From assembly GCA_013204385.1 (NCBI GenBank), contig JABMNY010000029.1, positions 1 to 52,815 of the forward strand: 52,815 bases of DNA. Reading direction: 5' to 3'. Every line of letters starts with the position of its first letter. The first letter of the stretch is position 1. Below the pieces are notes generated by a model. The model was not told the origin of the DNA, made no database searches, and was given only the letters and a program-made list of their open reading frames with translations. Source of the DNA: Candidatus Uhrbacteria bacterium. Its GTDB lineage: Bacteria > Patescibacteriota > Patescibacteriia > UBA9934 > GWF2-40-263. The position numbers were made by a program, and so were the translations under genes. This document shows, in pieces, positions 28,572-36,773 of the stretch.

Positions 28572-29852
28572 TTGCCACAACCACGATTGTTTCGTCCTTC
28601 GGACGCACTCATCTTTCATTCCCTCCCTGTTCAATTCGCGATCATCCGTGAAATGCGCACACGCTACGATGAGTTCAAAAATCTCGGCTATGCTTCAGAA
28701 ACAGCGTTCTACTACGCTTTTGTACGCTCCAACACAAACAAGTACGGTGTCACAACAGACCTCGGCGCGAAAGAATTCCACAAAGAAATGACAACACTTC
28801 TTGGAGTCGCTCAAGACATTGTCGAGTACATAATCGAGCAACGGTTTCGTCCATTCCAAGAACGCATTGCCTTTCACAATACCGTTGCCAACTGTCTGAA
28901 TCCAATTCAGATGCTTCTCATGGCAACCGATGATCCTGGACTTCACGCAGATCGTCTCGTACGACGTAAGCACTTCGAGGCGGGGAGACAGCTTGGAATC
29001 GCTCTTCAACTGTTCTCCATCTCGACGGTCGACCCTGAAGCATGGGTTCCAGAAGACCTCGGACAAATTGAACGGCTCTCCTGGGAACGCCTGTTTGAAC
29101 CCGATCGCTCAGAGAATCTGTGGATCCTCGCAAAGCTCTACAGGTCCTCTTCCATGGGTGGTCGGGTAGAGAATATTCAAGTGTTCATTTCAACGAAAGA
29201 AAAAACGCATGCTCTCAAGCACCTGCGCAAACGTGGAACAACAAAAGAAAATCAACTCTACTGTCGTGTCGCGATTGTAGAAGGTGTGCGCTATTACGTC
29301 TACGCCATCAATCGGCGCAAGCGCCTACTCTCTACACTCCTAAAACTCGAGAGAGGTCGTCCCTACTCAGACCGACGGGGATGGAAGTATGTTGTCGTCG
29401 CAGTAGAATCTCCTGAAGGACTTCGAGTCGCTACTCCTGATGACGCCAAGACATTCAGTGAGCATACGCGTCGCGTTCTGTGGCACCATCCACTCATCGA
29501 AGAAACGGACACCTCTCCTCCAAACCCTGACTCTGACGCACGGTATCGGGACGAGAAAATTATTGGCCGCTACGAACGTCCGGACAATGGAAGGATTGTT
29601 GCGAGTCCCGCCGAGCAACTTGTCACATCCATTGGTCCTCACATCGACACACTGGTGGCAACAGACGGCGAACTCAATCACACCATCTATAGTGCACGCA
29701 AAGCACTCAAACACATCGCTGAACTTTGGTTCCCGCATCGTCGCGGACCCTATGACGAGATCTCGGATTTTCGTCTTCCGGGTTACGGCATCGCCTGGAG
29801 AGAAGCGTATTTCCGTGACCAGCTTGAAGCCTGGTGGCAAACGCAACTCTAG
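28572..29852 (+). CDS. Hypothetical protein with a divergent RelA/SpoT-like nucleotidyltransferase domain
   Basis: RRKRLLSTLLKLERGRPYSDRRGWKYVV...AEQLVTS...LNHTIY resembles the order of synthetase motifs. Confidence 0.5.
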   Translation: MPQPRLFRPSDALIFHSLPVQFAIIREMRTRYDEFKNLGYASETAFYYAFVRSNTNKYGVTTDLGAKEFHKEMTTLLGVAQDIVEYIIEQRFRPFQERIAFHNTVANCLNPIQMLLMATDDPGLHADRLVRRKHFEAGRQLGIALQLFSISTVDPEAWVPEDLGQIERLSWERLFEPDRSENLWILAKLYRSSSMGGRVENIQVFISTKEKTHALKHLRKRGTTKENQLYCRVAIVEGVRYYVYAINRRKRLLSTLLKLERGRPYSDRRGWKYVVVAVESPEGLRVATPDDAKTFSEHTRRVLWHHPLIEETDTSPPNPDSDARYRDEKIIGRYERPDNGRIVASPAEQLVTSIGPHIDTLVATDGELNHTIYSARKALKHIAELWFPHRRGPYDEISDFRLPGYGIAWREAYFRDQLEAWWQTQL

Positions 29853-29918
29853 CTCACCCTCTCCACGACATACGGTCGTGGTTTTTTATACTCCAATCTC
29901 TCAACAAGGATGATTTGA

Positions 29919-29960
29919 TTGACAAATGAGAAGTATTACTTTATTCTAAAAGTAATACTT
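29919..29960 (+). promoter_or_regulatory. TA operon promoter with overlapping operator
   Basis: TTGACA, 17-nt spacer, TATTCT; a 12-bp inverted repeat aagtattacttt/aaagtaatactt straddles the -10 box. Confidence 0.75.
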
Positions 29961-29980
29961 ATTCAAAACTGTAGGATTCT

Positions 29981-30223
29981 ATGACAACCACAACCATGAC
30001 GCAAAAAGGGCAAGTTACAATCCCGCACGCCATCCGCAAGGCGTTGAATGTCGATCGAGATTCAAAATTTTTGGTGCGTCTAGATGAAAAAAATGGTCGA
30101 GTCATTTTAGAACCACTGACAGACCTCCTTTCTTTGGCAGGAAGTCTCTCTTCAAACGTAACTCTCACGGATGAACAACTTACAAAAGCTCGTTCTGCCT
30201 CGTGGGGGAGTCGAAAAAAGTAA
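29981..30223 (+). CDS. AbrB/MazE-type antitoxin (VapB)
   Basis: MTQKGQVTIPHAIRKAL. Confidence 0.9.
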   Translation: MTTTTMTQKGQVTIPHAIRKALNVDRDSKFLVRLDEKNGRVILEPLTDLLSLAGSLSSNVTLTDEQLTKARSASWGSRKK

Positions 30224-30225
30224 GT

Positions 30226-30612
30226 ATGGATTCCATGATTGACACAAATGTCCTCATCCGCTTTTTTGTGGGGGACAACAAGAAACAAAAAGAACAGGCG
30301 ATCGTGTGGTTTAAGGAAGCAACAAAAGGTGAGCGCACGATTATCATCACACCAATCGTCGTTGCTGAAACCGTATTCGTCTTAGAATCATTCTATAAAC
30401 ACTCTCGAAAAGACATTATGGCATCCCTACTTCCGTTCTTAGCGATGCCTGTCTTAAAGGTAGAAGAGCGAGATCTATTGCTAAATCTATGGGAGGAATA
30501 TCTGAATGGACTCCATTTTGTCGATGCCTACTTACTTACAAGCGCCAGACGACAATCGCAAGAGCTTCTTACGTTTGATAAACAGTTACTCAAGCGATTA
30601 CAATCTCAGTAA
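30226..30612 (+). CDS. PIN-domain toxin (VapC)
   Basis: IDTNVLIRF, VAETVFVL, FVDAYL, LLTFDK. Confidence 0.9.
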   Translation: MDSMIDTNVLIRFFVGDNKKQKEQAIVWFKEATKGERTIIITPIVVAETVFVLESFYKHSRKDIMASLLPFLAMPVLKVEERDLLLNLWEEYLNGLHFVDAYLLTSARRQSQELLTFDKQLLKRLQSQ

Positions 30613-30654
30613 AAATCAAACAAAAAAACCGCCCATTTCTGGGGGGTTTTTTTG

Positions 30655-30730
30655 TGGGGTGCCTAGAGGGAGTCGAACCCTCGCTATCAGTACCACAAAC
30701 TGATGTGCTAACCGTTACACCATAGGCACC
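30655..30730 (-). tRNA. tRNA-His(GTG)
   Basis: G-1:C73 pair, anticodon arm tcagt-ttGTGgt-actga, encoded CCA. Confidence 0.96.
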
Positions 30731-30824
30731 ATAAACAAACTACGAACCCGAGTATAACCAGTCTTCGACTCTTTTGCAAGACCTGATAAAAGAAAAACCT
30801 GCTGTTTAAAGCAGGTCGTAGCCA

Positions 30825-32171
30825 TTAGGGCATGCGATTGATCGAAAGCACATCAAACCAGTAGACGAGTTCTCGATCCGTGAGGTGATACGGTCCCTGT
30901 CCGTGAGCGGGGAGAACAAGAGACGGGTTTGCCTCCATGCGTTCGTAGATGAGTGGATCTACACGAACTGCACGTTCACCACCAAGATACTCTCGGTAAC
31001 GAACCGTAGGCCAGGAAGCTTCACGCAAAAATAGGACGGGAAGTTGTCGAATCTGCGGATGCACGTGAGTCATGGGAAGGATCTTTTGTGCGAGCACAAT
31101 GCAAGAGACGGGGTCGTCGATGAGCTCTGCGAAGATCCGCAAGACTTCTCGAACAGTCACTGGCCCCATCTGTTCCTTGTACGCATTCATGAACCTTGCG
31201 ATGTGCTCGTGAATCGTCGAGGAATCCAGATGAAGGTCCTGAACTGTCAGACCATGGAGAAGATTCCAGAGCCAGCTCGCCGTCTGACGATGTGTCCCAT
31301 CGACATTCGCACCGTACTCATTCACGACTACCGGAGCGAACCCTCGCTCAATGAGCGTACAAAGCTCCTGCAGAACACGTCCCGTTTGAGCGATTTCCGT
31401 ATTGCGAATCTCAGACAATTCCATGAGGTAAAGTTCGAGGTAGCATCCACGGTAGAAACCTTGTCCCACACACGGATGTTCGCGCGTCCAGTACAGATGC
31501 GCGAGCGTGTCCTCGAGTTCGAAGAGGAGAGGGAGATTCCTTTTGTGCTCTTGCAGACACTGTCGCATTTGATCGCCCTGAGCAACCTCATGACGAGAAC
31601 GTGTATGTGGCGACCATGCGGTCTCAATCAGCTTGATTGGATCTCCTGAAGAGAGAACGTCATCTGAGAACGTCTGTAGACGAGCCTCTGAGACGAGCTT
31701 TCGCTCTGCCGCAGGAATGATCGTCGAAAGCGCTGGCTCAGGATAACGCCATGGCCACAGATGAGCGCGGGGAGTCTCTTCGATTGAGAATATTTCATCA
31801 GTTCCATCTGACAAAACCCCACCCTGCCAGGCGGACGCACGCAGGAACCGGTCAATCGCCAGTGAACCCAGAGAATACACGTGCCCCCTGTTTCCAAGAA
31901 GCGGAACATGCGTTCCGGGAAACCGCGCAAGGAAGTCGTGCCCCAGGTCTCCACGCCCAGCGAGCGAAAGACGTGGTCCATAGAAGAGATCAAACCGATC
32001 GTTTCCAACCTCCTCACGCAAGGCACTGAAACCTGGTACGAGGACAGCATCTCCAAAACTCACACCAGGCTGATGATCAACCACCACAATGTGCTTGAGG
32101 TCTGCGTAGAAACCACCATCAGGTTCGCGAAAAGGAAGATCCGTCTTAAATTCCATTTTTGACTCCTGCAA
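30825..32171 (-). CDS. Hypothetical protein with a ParB/Srx-like motif
   Basis: GFAPVVVNEYGANVDGTHRQTA resembles the P-h-h-V...DGxHR core. Confidence 0.55.
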   Translation of the reverse strand: MQESKMEFKTDLPFREPDGGFYADLKHIVVVDHQPGVSFGDAVLVPGFSALREEVGNDRFDLFYGPRLSLAGRGDLGHDFLARFPGTHVPLLGNRGHVYSLGSLAIDRFLRASAWQGGVLSDGTDEIFSIEETPRAHLWPWRYPEPALSTIIPAAERKLVSEARLQTFSDDVLSSGDPIKLIETAWSPHTRSRHEVAQGDQMRQCLQEHKRNLPLLFELEDTLAHLYWTREHPCVGQGFYRGCYLELYLMELSEIRNTEIAQTGRVLQELCTLIERGFAPVVVNEYGANVDGTHRQTASWLWNLLHGLTVQDLHLDSSTIHEHIARFMNAYKEQMGPVTVREVLRIFAELIDDPVSCIVLAQKILPMTHVHPQIRQLPVLFLREASWPTVRYREYLGGERAVRVDPLIYERMEANPSLVLPAHGQGPYHLTDRELVYWFDVLSINRMP

Positions 32172-32227
32172 CAGAGAGTGACTGTTCCAAACAACTTCGG
32201 AACAGGAGGCTCTGTTGCAGTATTCTT

Positions 32228-32887
32228 CTAAAGAGATTCTCTTTCTTGTTTAGTAAGAAGATGTGGGAGAAGAGCGAGAGCTGATGCTTCTTCGACAAAT
32301 ACATCTGCCTGAGCTCGAACGGCTTCGCGTGCGACGACACCTGCAAATCCAATAAACGTTCGGACTGACGGCTGACAGGCAAGATCTGTCACAGAGTCCC
32401 CGATCATGACAGCCTTTTGTTTATCTTGAATATATCGATCGATCATGATGCGCTTCCCCCCAGTGTGTGCGAGCGCGTTGCTTGCATTCATTCCAAGATA
32501 GTTACCTTCATCATCATGAAAGAGCTCATTTGCAATCACACACTCACTTCTGATACCGAGTTCTTCCGCATAGGGTGCAACGATCATTCCAAAGTTTGAA
32601 GTCAAAATAAACACTTCCTTTCCAAGTCGATGAAGAGTCGCCACAAGTTCTTCAACTCCCTCAACAAACGGAGGATGAATCTTATGCAGACGATCAATCA
32701 TGGCAAGGCTTGGAGAAATCATCGCAAGCTTTTTTTCAAAGACTGCTTCAATCGGAAGCTCTCCATTCATAGATGCTTCGGTGAGTCGTCGGACTTCTGG
32801 TCCAACACCAGCAAGATCAGCGAGAAGATCTAATGTCTCTGCATGAACAAGCGTGCTATCAAAATCAAAGAAGATTTGTTTGTACAT
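32228..32887 (-). CDS. HAD-IB phosphatase, phosphoserine phosphatase-like
   Basis: FDFDSTLVHAETLD, TEASMNG, MIGDSVTDL, FIGFAGVVAR. Confidence 0.88.
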   Translation of the reverse strand: MYKQIFFDFDSTLVHAETLDLLADLAGVGPEVRRLTEASMNGELPIEAVFEKKLAMISPSLAMIDRLHKIHPPFVEGVEELVATLHRLGKEVFILTSNFGMIVAPYAEELGIRSECVIANELFHDDEGNYLGMNASNALAHTGGKRIMIDRYIQDKQKAVMIGDSVTDLACQPSVRTFIGFAGVVAREAVRAQADVFVEEASALALLPHLLTKQERESL

Positions 32888-33087
32888 ATATGGAAAATAA
32901 AACGACGCCCTTATGGGGCGTTTTTCTGATTTACATCATCAAGAAGAAACACCCACCTATGGCGTTGTTGTTGTCATCTTAGATGTAGAATTTTGGAGTG
33001 ACATACCTAAATGACAAGTTAAAGACTTTTTGATGACTTGGCAAATGAACCTGTGGACGAAAAAAGCGTTATTCACAAAAACAAAAC

Positions 33088-33117
33088 AAAAACAGCACTT
33101 AATTGAGTGCTGTTTTT
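33088..33117 (-). terminator. Terminator downstream of the split tRNA
   Basis: aaaaacagcact-taattg-agtgctgttttt. Confidence 0.75.
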
Positions 33118-33137
33118 GTGGTGTCCCTGGAGGGAAT

Positions 33138-33225
33138 ATGGTTGCCAACAGACTCCACCATATTGCTCTCGTTCGCTCGGAATCATCCAAACTCCGTTTG
33201 TCTGTTCTCTCGCTCGCTCCAGCAT
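33138..33225 (-). mobile_element. 88-bp insertion in the T-loop of the split tRNA
   Basis: Interrupts GGTTCG|ATTCCC with AT junction redundancy. Contains GAGCGAGCGAG, GAGCGAACGAGAGCAATAT and a terminal hairpin. Confidence 0.7.
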
Positions 33226-33264
33226 CGAACCCCCATCAAGACCTTAGAAGAGTCCTGCTCTATC

Positions 33265-33441
33265 ATGAGATGAAGTGAGTGTACAAAATACATACCCCTT
33301 ACGATGGTGGCCTGAGCAGGACTTGAACCTGCAACCTTGAGTTTAGAACACTCCTGCTCTATCCAGTTGAGCTATCAGGCCAAGGGTGTAAGGGGTATGT
33401 ATTTTGTACCGAACGAGGCGATATGATCTGAGAATCAGATC
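33265..33441 (+). mobile_element. 177-bp insertion in the D-loop of the split tRNA, carrying a complete tRNA
   Basis: ATC junction redundancy, 22-bp perfect inverted repeats (33281-33302 and 33388-33409), CGAACGAGGCGATAT and terminal hairpin gatctga/tcagatc. Confidence 0.75.
33305..33381 (-). tRNA. Nested intact tRNA-Arg(TCT)
   Basis: GGCCTGA/TCAGGCC acceptor stem, anticodon loop gtTCTaa, GGTTCAAGTCC, encoded CCA; 77 nt. Confidence 0.92.
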
Positions 33442-33553
33442 CGTTGAGCTACAGGGACGAATATAAGAAAGTCTAGCGCAACGCAATCATAGCGAATCTT
33501 TCGAAAAAGAAAAAGCGACCGTGCGTTATGGTCGCATTGAGAGGAGTTTGGCT

Positions 33554-34297
33554 CTAGGAAGCACGCTCTCCAAGCTTGAGACTCAGAAGCGCCCTTGAAG
33601 AACCGCGATCCACGATAGGAGCATAGGCTTTGGACGACATGAACTGAGCCCTCAAAAGACGATGACGACGCTCAGTCTCCGCAGCATCGACCAGGACGAG
33701 TACACATGCCTGCGAAAGAGACTCACGCCTCAGTACCGTCTCGACCACCTTCCAGATGAGCCCCTGCAAAAGTGACTGTTCCCGCGAGATCCCAACCTCT
33801 CCGATCCAGAGATGATTGATGACCAGATAAGGACCTTCTCGACCAACCCGTGAGTAGATCTGACCAAGAAGGGTCATCGGCATGTTCGTGACACCAAGCA
33901 CAGTACTCGAGTCACATACGACACAGGTCGCGAAGCCAGCACACTGAGCGGGAGAGGTGAGACTCTGAGCCAGAGCAATGCCCCCAGCATTCAGGTACCG
34001 ACAAAGTTCCTCTCGAGCTGACTCCTCATCCCACTGAAGAACGACTGTTCCGCCACAGATTCTGAGACCGACTCTCTGGACACACTTCGCATCCCGTGGG
34101 GGACTCAGGTAGACATGTGCGCAGGAGGCACACACAGAATCATTCCGATGAGGCGCAGACCCGACCTCCTGAAGGAAGCCGTGGATCATGCTGTCTGAGA
34201 TCGTCCAGTTGATGGGCTTAGGTGGCGGAGGGGAAGAGAAGATCTGGATAGGCCGACGAGCGTCAGTCAGATAAGAATCAGGTTGAGCCACGTGCAT
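33554..34297 (-). CDS. Hypothetical protein (possible degenerate GNAT-like fold)
   Basis: 247-aa ORF with a GGAG RBS and its own promoter. The fold suggestion is weak. Confidence 0.55.
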   Translation of the reverse strand: MHVAQPDSYLTDARRPIQIFSSPPPPKPINWTISDSMIHGFLQEVGSAPHRNDSVCASCAHVYLSPPRDAKCVQRVGLRICGGTVVLQWDEESAREELCRYLNAGGIALAQSLTSPAQCAGFATCVVCDSSTVLGVTNMPMTLLGQIYSRVGREGPYLVINHLWIGEVGISREQSLLQGLIWKVVETVLRRESLSQACVLVLVDAAETERRHRLLRAQFMSSKAYAPIVDRGSSRALLSLKLGERAS

Positions 34298-34343
34298 CTC
34301 CGTGTATGAGTGTTCTCAGACACAATCGTCATTGAACGAAGAA

Positions 34344-34372
34344 ATGCTAAAGGAAATGTGAACTTTGGTCAA
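34344..34372 (-). promoter_or_regulatory. Sigma70-type promoter whose -35 overlaps the MITE target duplication
   Basis: TTGACC (34372-34367), 17-nt spacer, TAGCAT (34349-34344). Confidence 0.5.
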
Positions 34373-34481
34373 CCCCGCTGGTGGTCTCCCATCAAAAGAA
34401 TATTAACTATCGGACAAAGCCGACGGCGCCTAACGGCTTAGAGATATGTCTCCTGCTTAACATCTTTGACCACCAGCGGGG
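34373..34481. mobile_element. MITE copy 2 (109 bp)
   Basis: Perfect 14-bp terminal inverted repeats CCCCGCTGGTGGTC, flanking direct repeat TCAA (34369-34372 and 34482-34485), central aagccg..ggcgcc...cggctt. Confidence 0.85.
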
Positions 34482-35411
34482 TCAAGCTCTCCGACTCTTT
34501 CCATGAAACTTTTGATGGACGTCTTTCATCTGTTTATTGGTGATATGTGTGTAAATCTGGGTTGTGGTGATTGAGGCATGACCCAGAAGTGACTGAACGG
34601 ACCTGATATCCGCACCCCCCAACAGGAGGTCTGTCGCGAAGGTGTGACGCAACGTATGAGGGGTAATATGTTTTGTAATACCCGCCGATTTTGCATAACG
34701 CTCCACAAGCCGCTGAATGGATCTAGGAGTAAGGCCCCCTGAAGCCTCTCTGCCACTTTTTGCTCGATCATGACCAACAAAAAGAAAGGGGGAAGCGTCA
34801 CGTCGTTTCCCAAGATATTCCTTGAGAGTCTCTTTTGCTGTTGAAGACAAAAACACGACACGGAGTTTCGAGCCTTTTCCTCGAACCGTGAACTCATCAC
34901 GTTTCAAATTAATGCTTTCGATTTTTAGTTTGGAGAGTTCGCTTACCCGCAACCCTGTTGAGAACAACAATTCAAGAATCGCCTTATCACGCAATGCCAC
35001 CAACCCTTCACTTTGCAACATCGGTTGAATGAGGAGACGATCAAGCTCCTCTACCTCCAAAAACTCCACCTGACGTTGCTCTTGACGAGCAAGTTCTATC
35101 TTGTCAGGAGCCAGCGAAATAATATCTTTGCGAGCGAGGTACTTCAAAAAACTCCGAAGAGCGATCAAGTGATAATTCTGTGTCGACTTCTTAAGCGTTT
35201 CTGCCTCACGTCCTTCTGGAGTTCTGTTGAGCCATAAACGATACTTATGCACGAGATCATCTGTAATCTTTTCAGGTGAAGGATGTTTTGCCCATCTAGC
35301 AAATCGACGCAAATAAAAATCATAATTGCGAATGGTGAGTTCGCTTCTTCCTCGCTCAACCTCTAAGTACTCTAAAAAATCTGTAATCAGTTTGTCGATC
35401 TGAGTTCCCAT
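34482..35411 (-). CDS. Tyrosine recombinase XerC/XerD-like
   Basis: RDKAILELLFSTGLRVSEL, GKGSKLR, HTLRHTFAT, LLGHASITTTQIYT. Start at ATG 35411. Confidence 0.95.
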   Translation of the reverse strand: MGTQIDKLITDFLEYLEVERGRSELTIRNYDFYLRRFARWAKHPSPEKITDDLVHKYRLWLNRTPEGREAETLKKSTQNYHLIALRSFLKYLARKDIISLAPDKIELARQEQRQVEFLEVEELDRLLIQPMLQSEGLVALRDKAILELLFSTGLRVSELSKLKIESINLKRDEFTVRGKGSKLRVVFLSSTAKETLKEYLGKRRDASPFLFVGHDRAKSGREASGGLTPRSIQRLVERYAKSAGITKHITPHTLRHTFATDLLLGGADIRSVQSLLGHASITTTQIYTHITNKQMKDVHQKFHGKSRRA

Positions 35412-35468
35412 ACTCCACAAGTATAACATCGCCTGAGAGTCTTCTCTATGATAGGATAAGGACGTTCT

Positions 35469-35846
35469 ATGAAAGACTTGCTTCATACAACCCTAGCGCT
35501 TACAACAATGATCACACTTGTGGCATGTTTGTTTGTGGTAAATCATCAAACGCATTGCGCGATCCCATCAGAAAATAACTTGCTTCTAGGGAATGCTTGT
35601 ACGGCGGAAGCACTCTCAAATCCAACCATCTGGACGCTGAATGAAACAAATGGAACTCTTCCATCCGAAAAATTCCAAATCATTATTGCCTTCGTCGTCT
35701 TATTTTTCACTCGTCATCTCTTCTCTCAAATCAAGCGTCCTGAGAGAGGTCTCTCTTGGTTGCAACGACGTAAAATTACAATCCGTTCTGGTCCCGCCCC
35801 CAATCAACTTTTTCTTCCATACTTGTTTGCAACCCACGGATGGTAA
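35469..35846 (+). CDS. Small hypothetical membrane protein
   Basis: Two hydrophobic segments; lies upstream of the DsbA-family gene. Confidence 0.55.
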   Translation: MKDLLHTTLALTTMITLVACLFVVNHQTHCAIPSENNLLLGNACTAEALSNPTIWTLNETNGTLPSEKFQIIIAFVVLFFTRHLFSQIKRPERGLSWLQRRKITIRSGPAPNQLFLPYLFATHGW

Positions 35847-35892
35847 ATCAGTCTTCGTCTGAGTCATTCACTTATTTATTCGAAATTATCTT

Positions 35893-36657
35893 ATGGAATC
35901 CACACACACAACAAAAAATTTCTTTGATGCCCTTCAATCTAAACAAGCATTCTGGCTTGGTTTCATCACGGCTGTCCTTGCTCTTGGAACCCTCGGTTTT
36001 GTACTCCTTGGATCTTGTCTCTTAGGAGGAGATTGTTCCGTTGCTGGTATTGCCGTAGCAGAAGATAGTGGATCAGGATCCGGTGCGGCTGCGGCAGCTG
36101 CGGTTGCCGCTGTTCCAACACCAACGGCAACAGGCGTCCCTGCTGTTACAGATGCGGACCACATTCGTGGAAACAAAGATGCCGCCATCACCATTATCGA
36201 ATACTCTGACTTCCAGTGCCCATACTGCAGTCGTTTCCATCCAACCATGCTTCAAGTCATGGAAGAGTATACGGACTCAGTTCGATGGGTCTTCCGTCAT
36301 TTCCCACTCTCATTCCACCCAGAAGCGGTTCCATCTGCAAACGCAGCTGAATGCGCTGGTGCACAAGATAAATTCTGGGAATATGCAGATGAACTCTTTG
36401 CAAACCAAACAAGCTTGAGCTCTGAATTCTACGCACAACTTGCAGCTGACCTTGGATTGAATGTGAGTAAGTGGCAGACCTGTTTTGACGAAGGTACATA
36501 CAACGACGTAATTGAGGCTCAGGCTCAAGCCGGTGGGGCCGCTGGTGTCTCTGGAACACCTGGATCATTTGTGATCGATCAAGATGGAAACGCCATCCCA
36601 ATCAAAGGAGCGCTTCCATTCAGCTCAGTCGCCGCAGCCATCGATAGCGTGCTCTAA
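35893..36657 (+). CDS. DsbA/BdbD-family thiol-disulfide oxidoreductase
   Basis: EYSDFQCPYC, RHFPL, GVSGTP, GALP. Confidence 0.92.
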   Translation: MESTHTTKNFFDALQSKQAFWLGFITAVLALGTLGFVLLGSCLLGGDCSVAGIAVAEDSGSGSGAAAAAAVAAVPTPTATGVPAVTDADHIRGNKDAAITIIEYSDFQCPYCSRFHPTMLQVMEEYTDSVRWVFRHFPLSFHPEAVPSANAAECAGAQDKFWEYADELFANQTSLSSEFYAQLAADLGLNVSKWQTCFDEGTYNDVIEAQAQAGGAAGVSGTPGSFVIDQDGNAIPIKGALPFSSVAAAIDSVL

Positions 36658-36669
36658 ACAAGACAAACG

Positions 36670-36700
36670 AAAACAGACTCCCCAGGGAGTCTGTTTTTTG
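36670..36700 (+). terminator. Rho-independent terminator
   Basis: aaaacagactccc-ca-gggagtctgtttttt. Confidence 0.75.
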
Positions 36701-36773
36701 TAACCTTGCTTTTCTTGACCTTCCTCGCACCCTGCTTTATTGTTCCACTTCGTTCTTTCCAGATGGAGTTCAC

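Larger units (their letters stand above)
33119..33458 (-). tRNA. Split tRNA-Arg(TCT) in three segments (33442-33458, 33226-33264, 33119-33137)
   Basis: The joined segments give a 75-nt cloverleaf GTCCCTGTAGCTCAACGGATAGAGCAGGACTCTTCTAAGGTCTTGATGGGGGTTCGATTCCCTCCAGGGACACCA, colinear with tRNA-Arg(CCT) at 19566-19640. Confidence 0.85.

Noticed and set aside
32957-33278. Short ORFs 32957-33190 (-) and 33030-33278 (+)
   Set aside because: They overlap the split tRNA and its terminator and have no protein-like features.
33138-33441. Group I/II intron or archaeal BHB intron identity for the tRNA insertions
   Set aside because: The inserts are too short and lack recognisable catalytic cores. They sit in opposite orientations, and no clear bulge-helix-bulge was seen at the junctions.
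34482-35411. Prophage or island integrase responsible for the tRNA insertions
   Set aside because: It looks like a housekeeping XerC/D, and no phage genes or att duplication were seen. A link to the nearby inserts cannot be supported from sequence alone.
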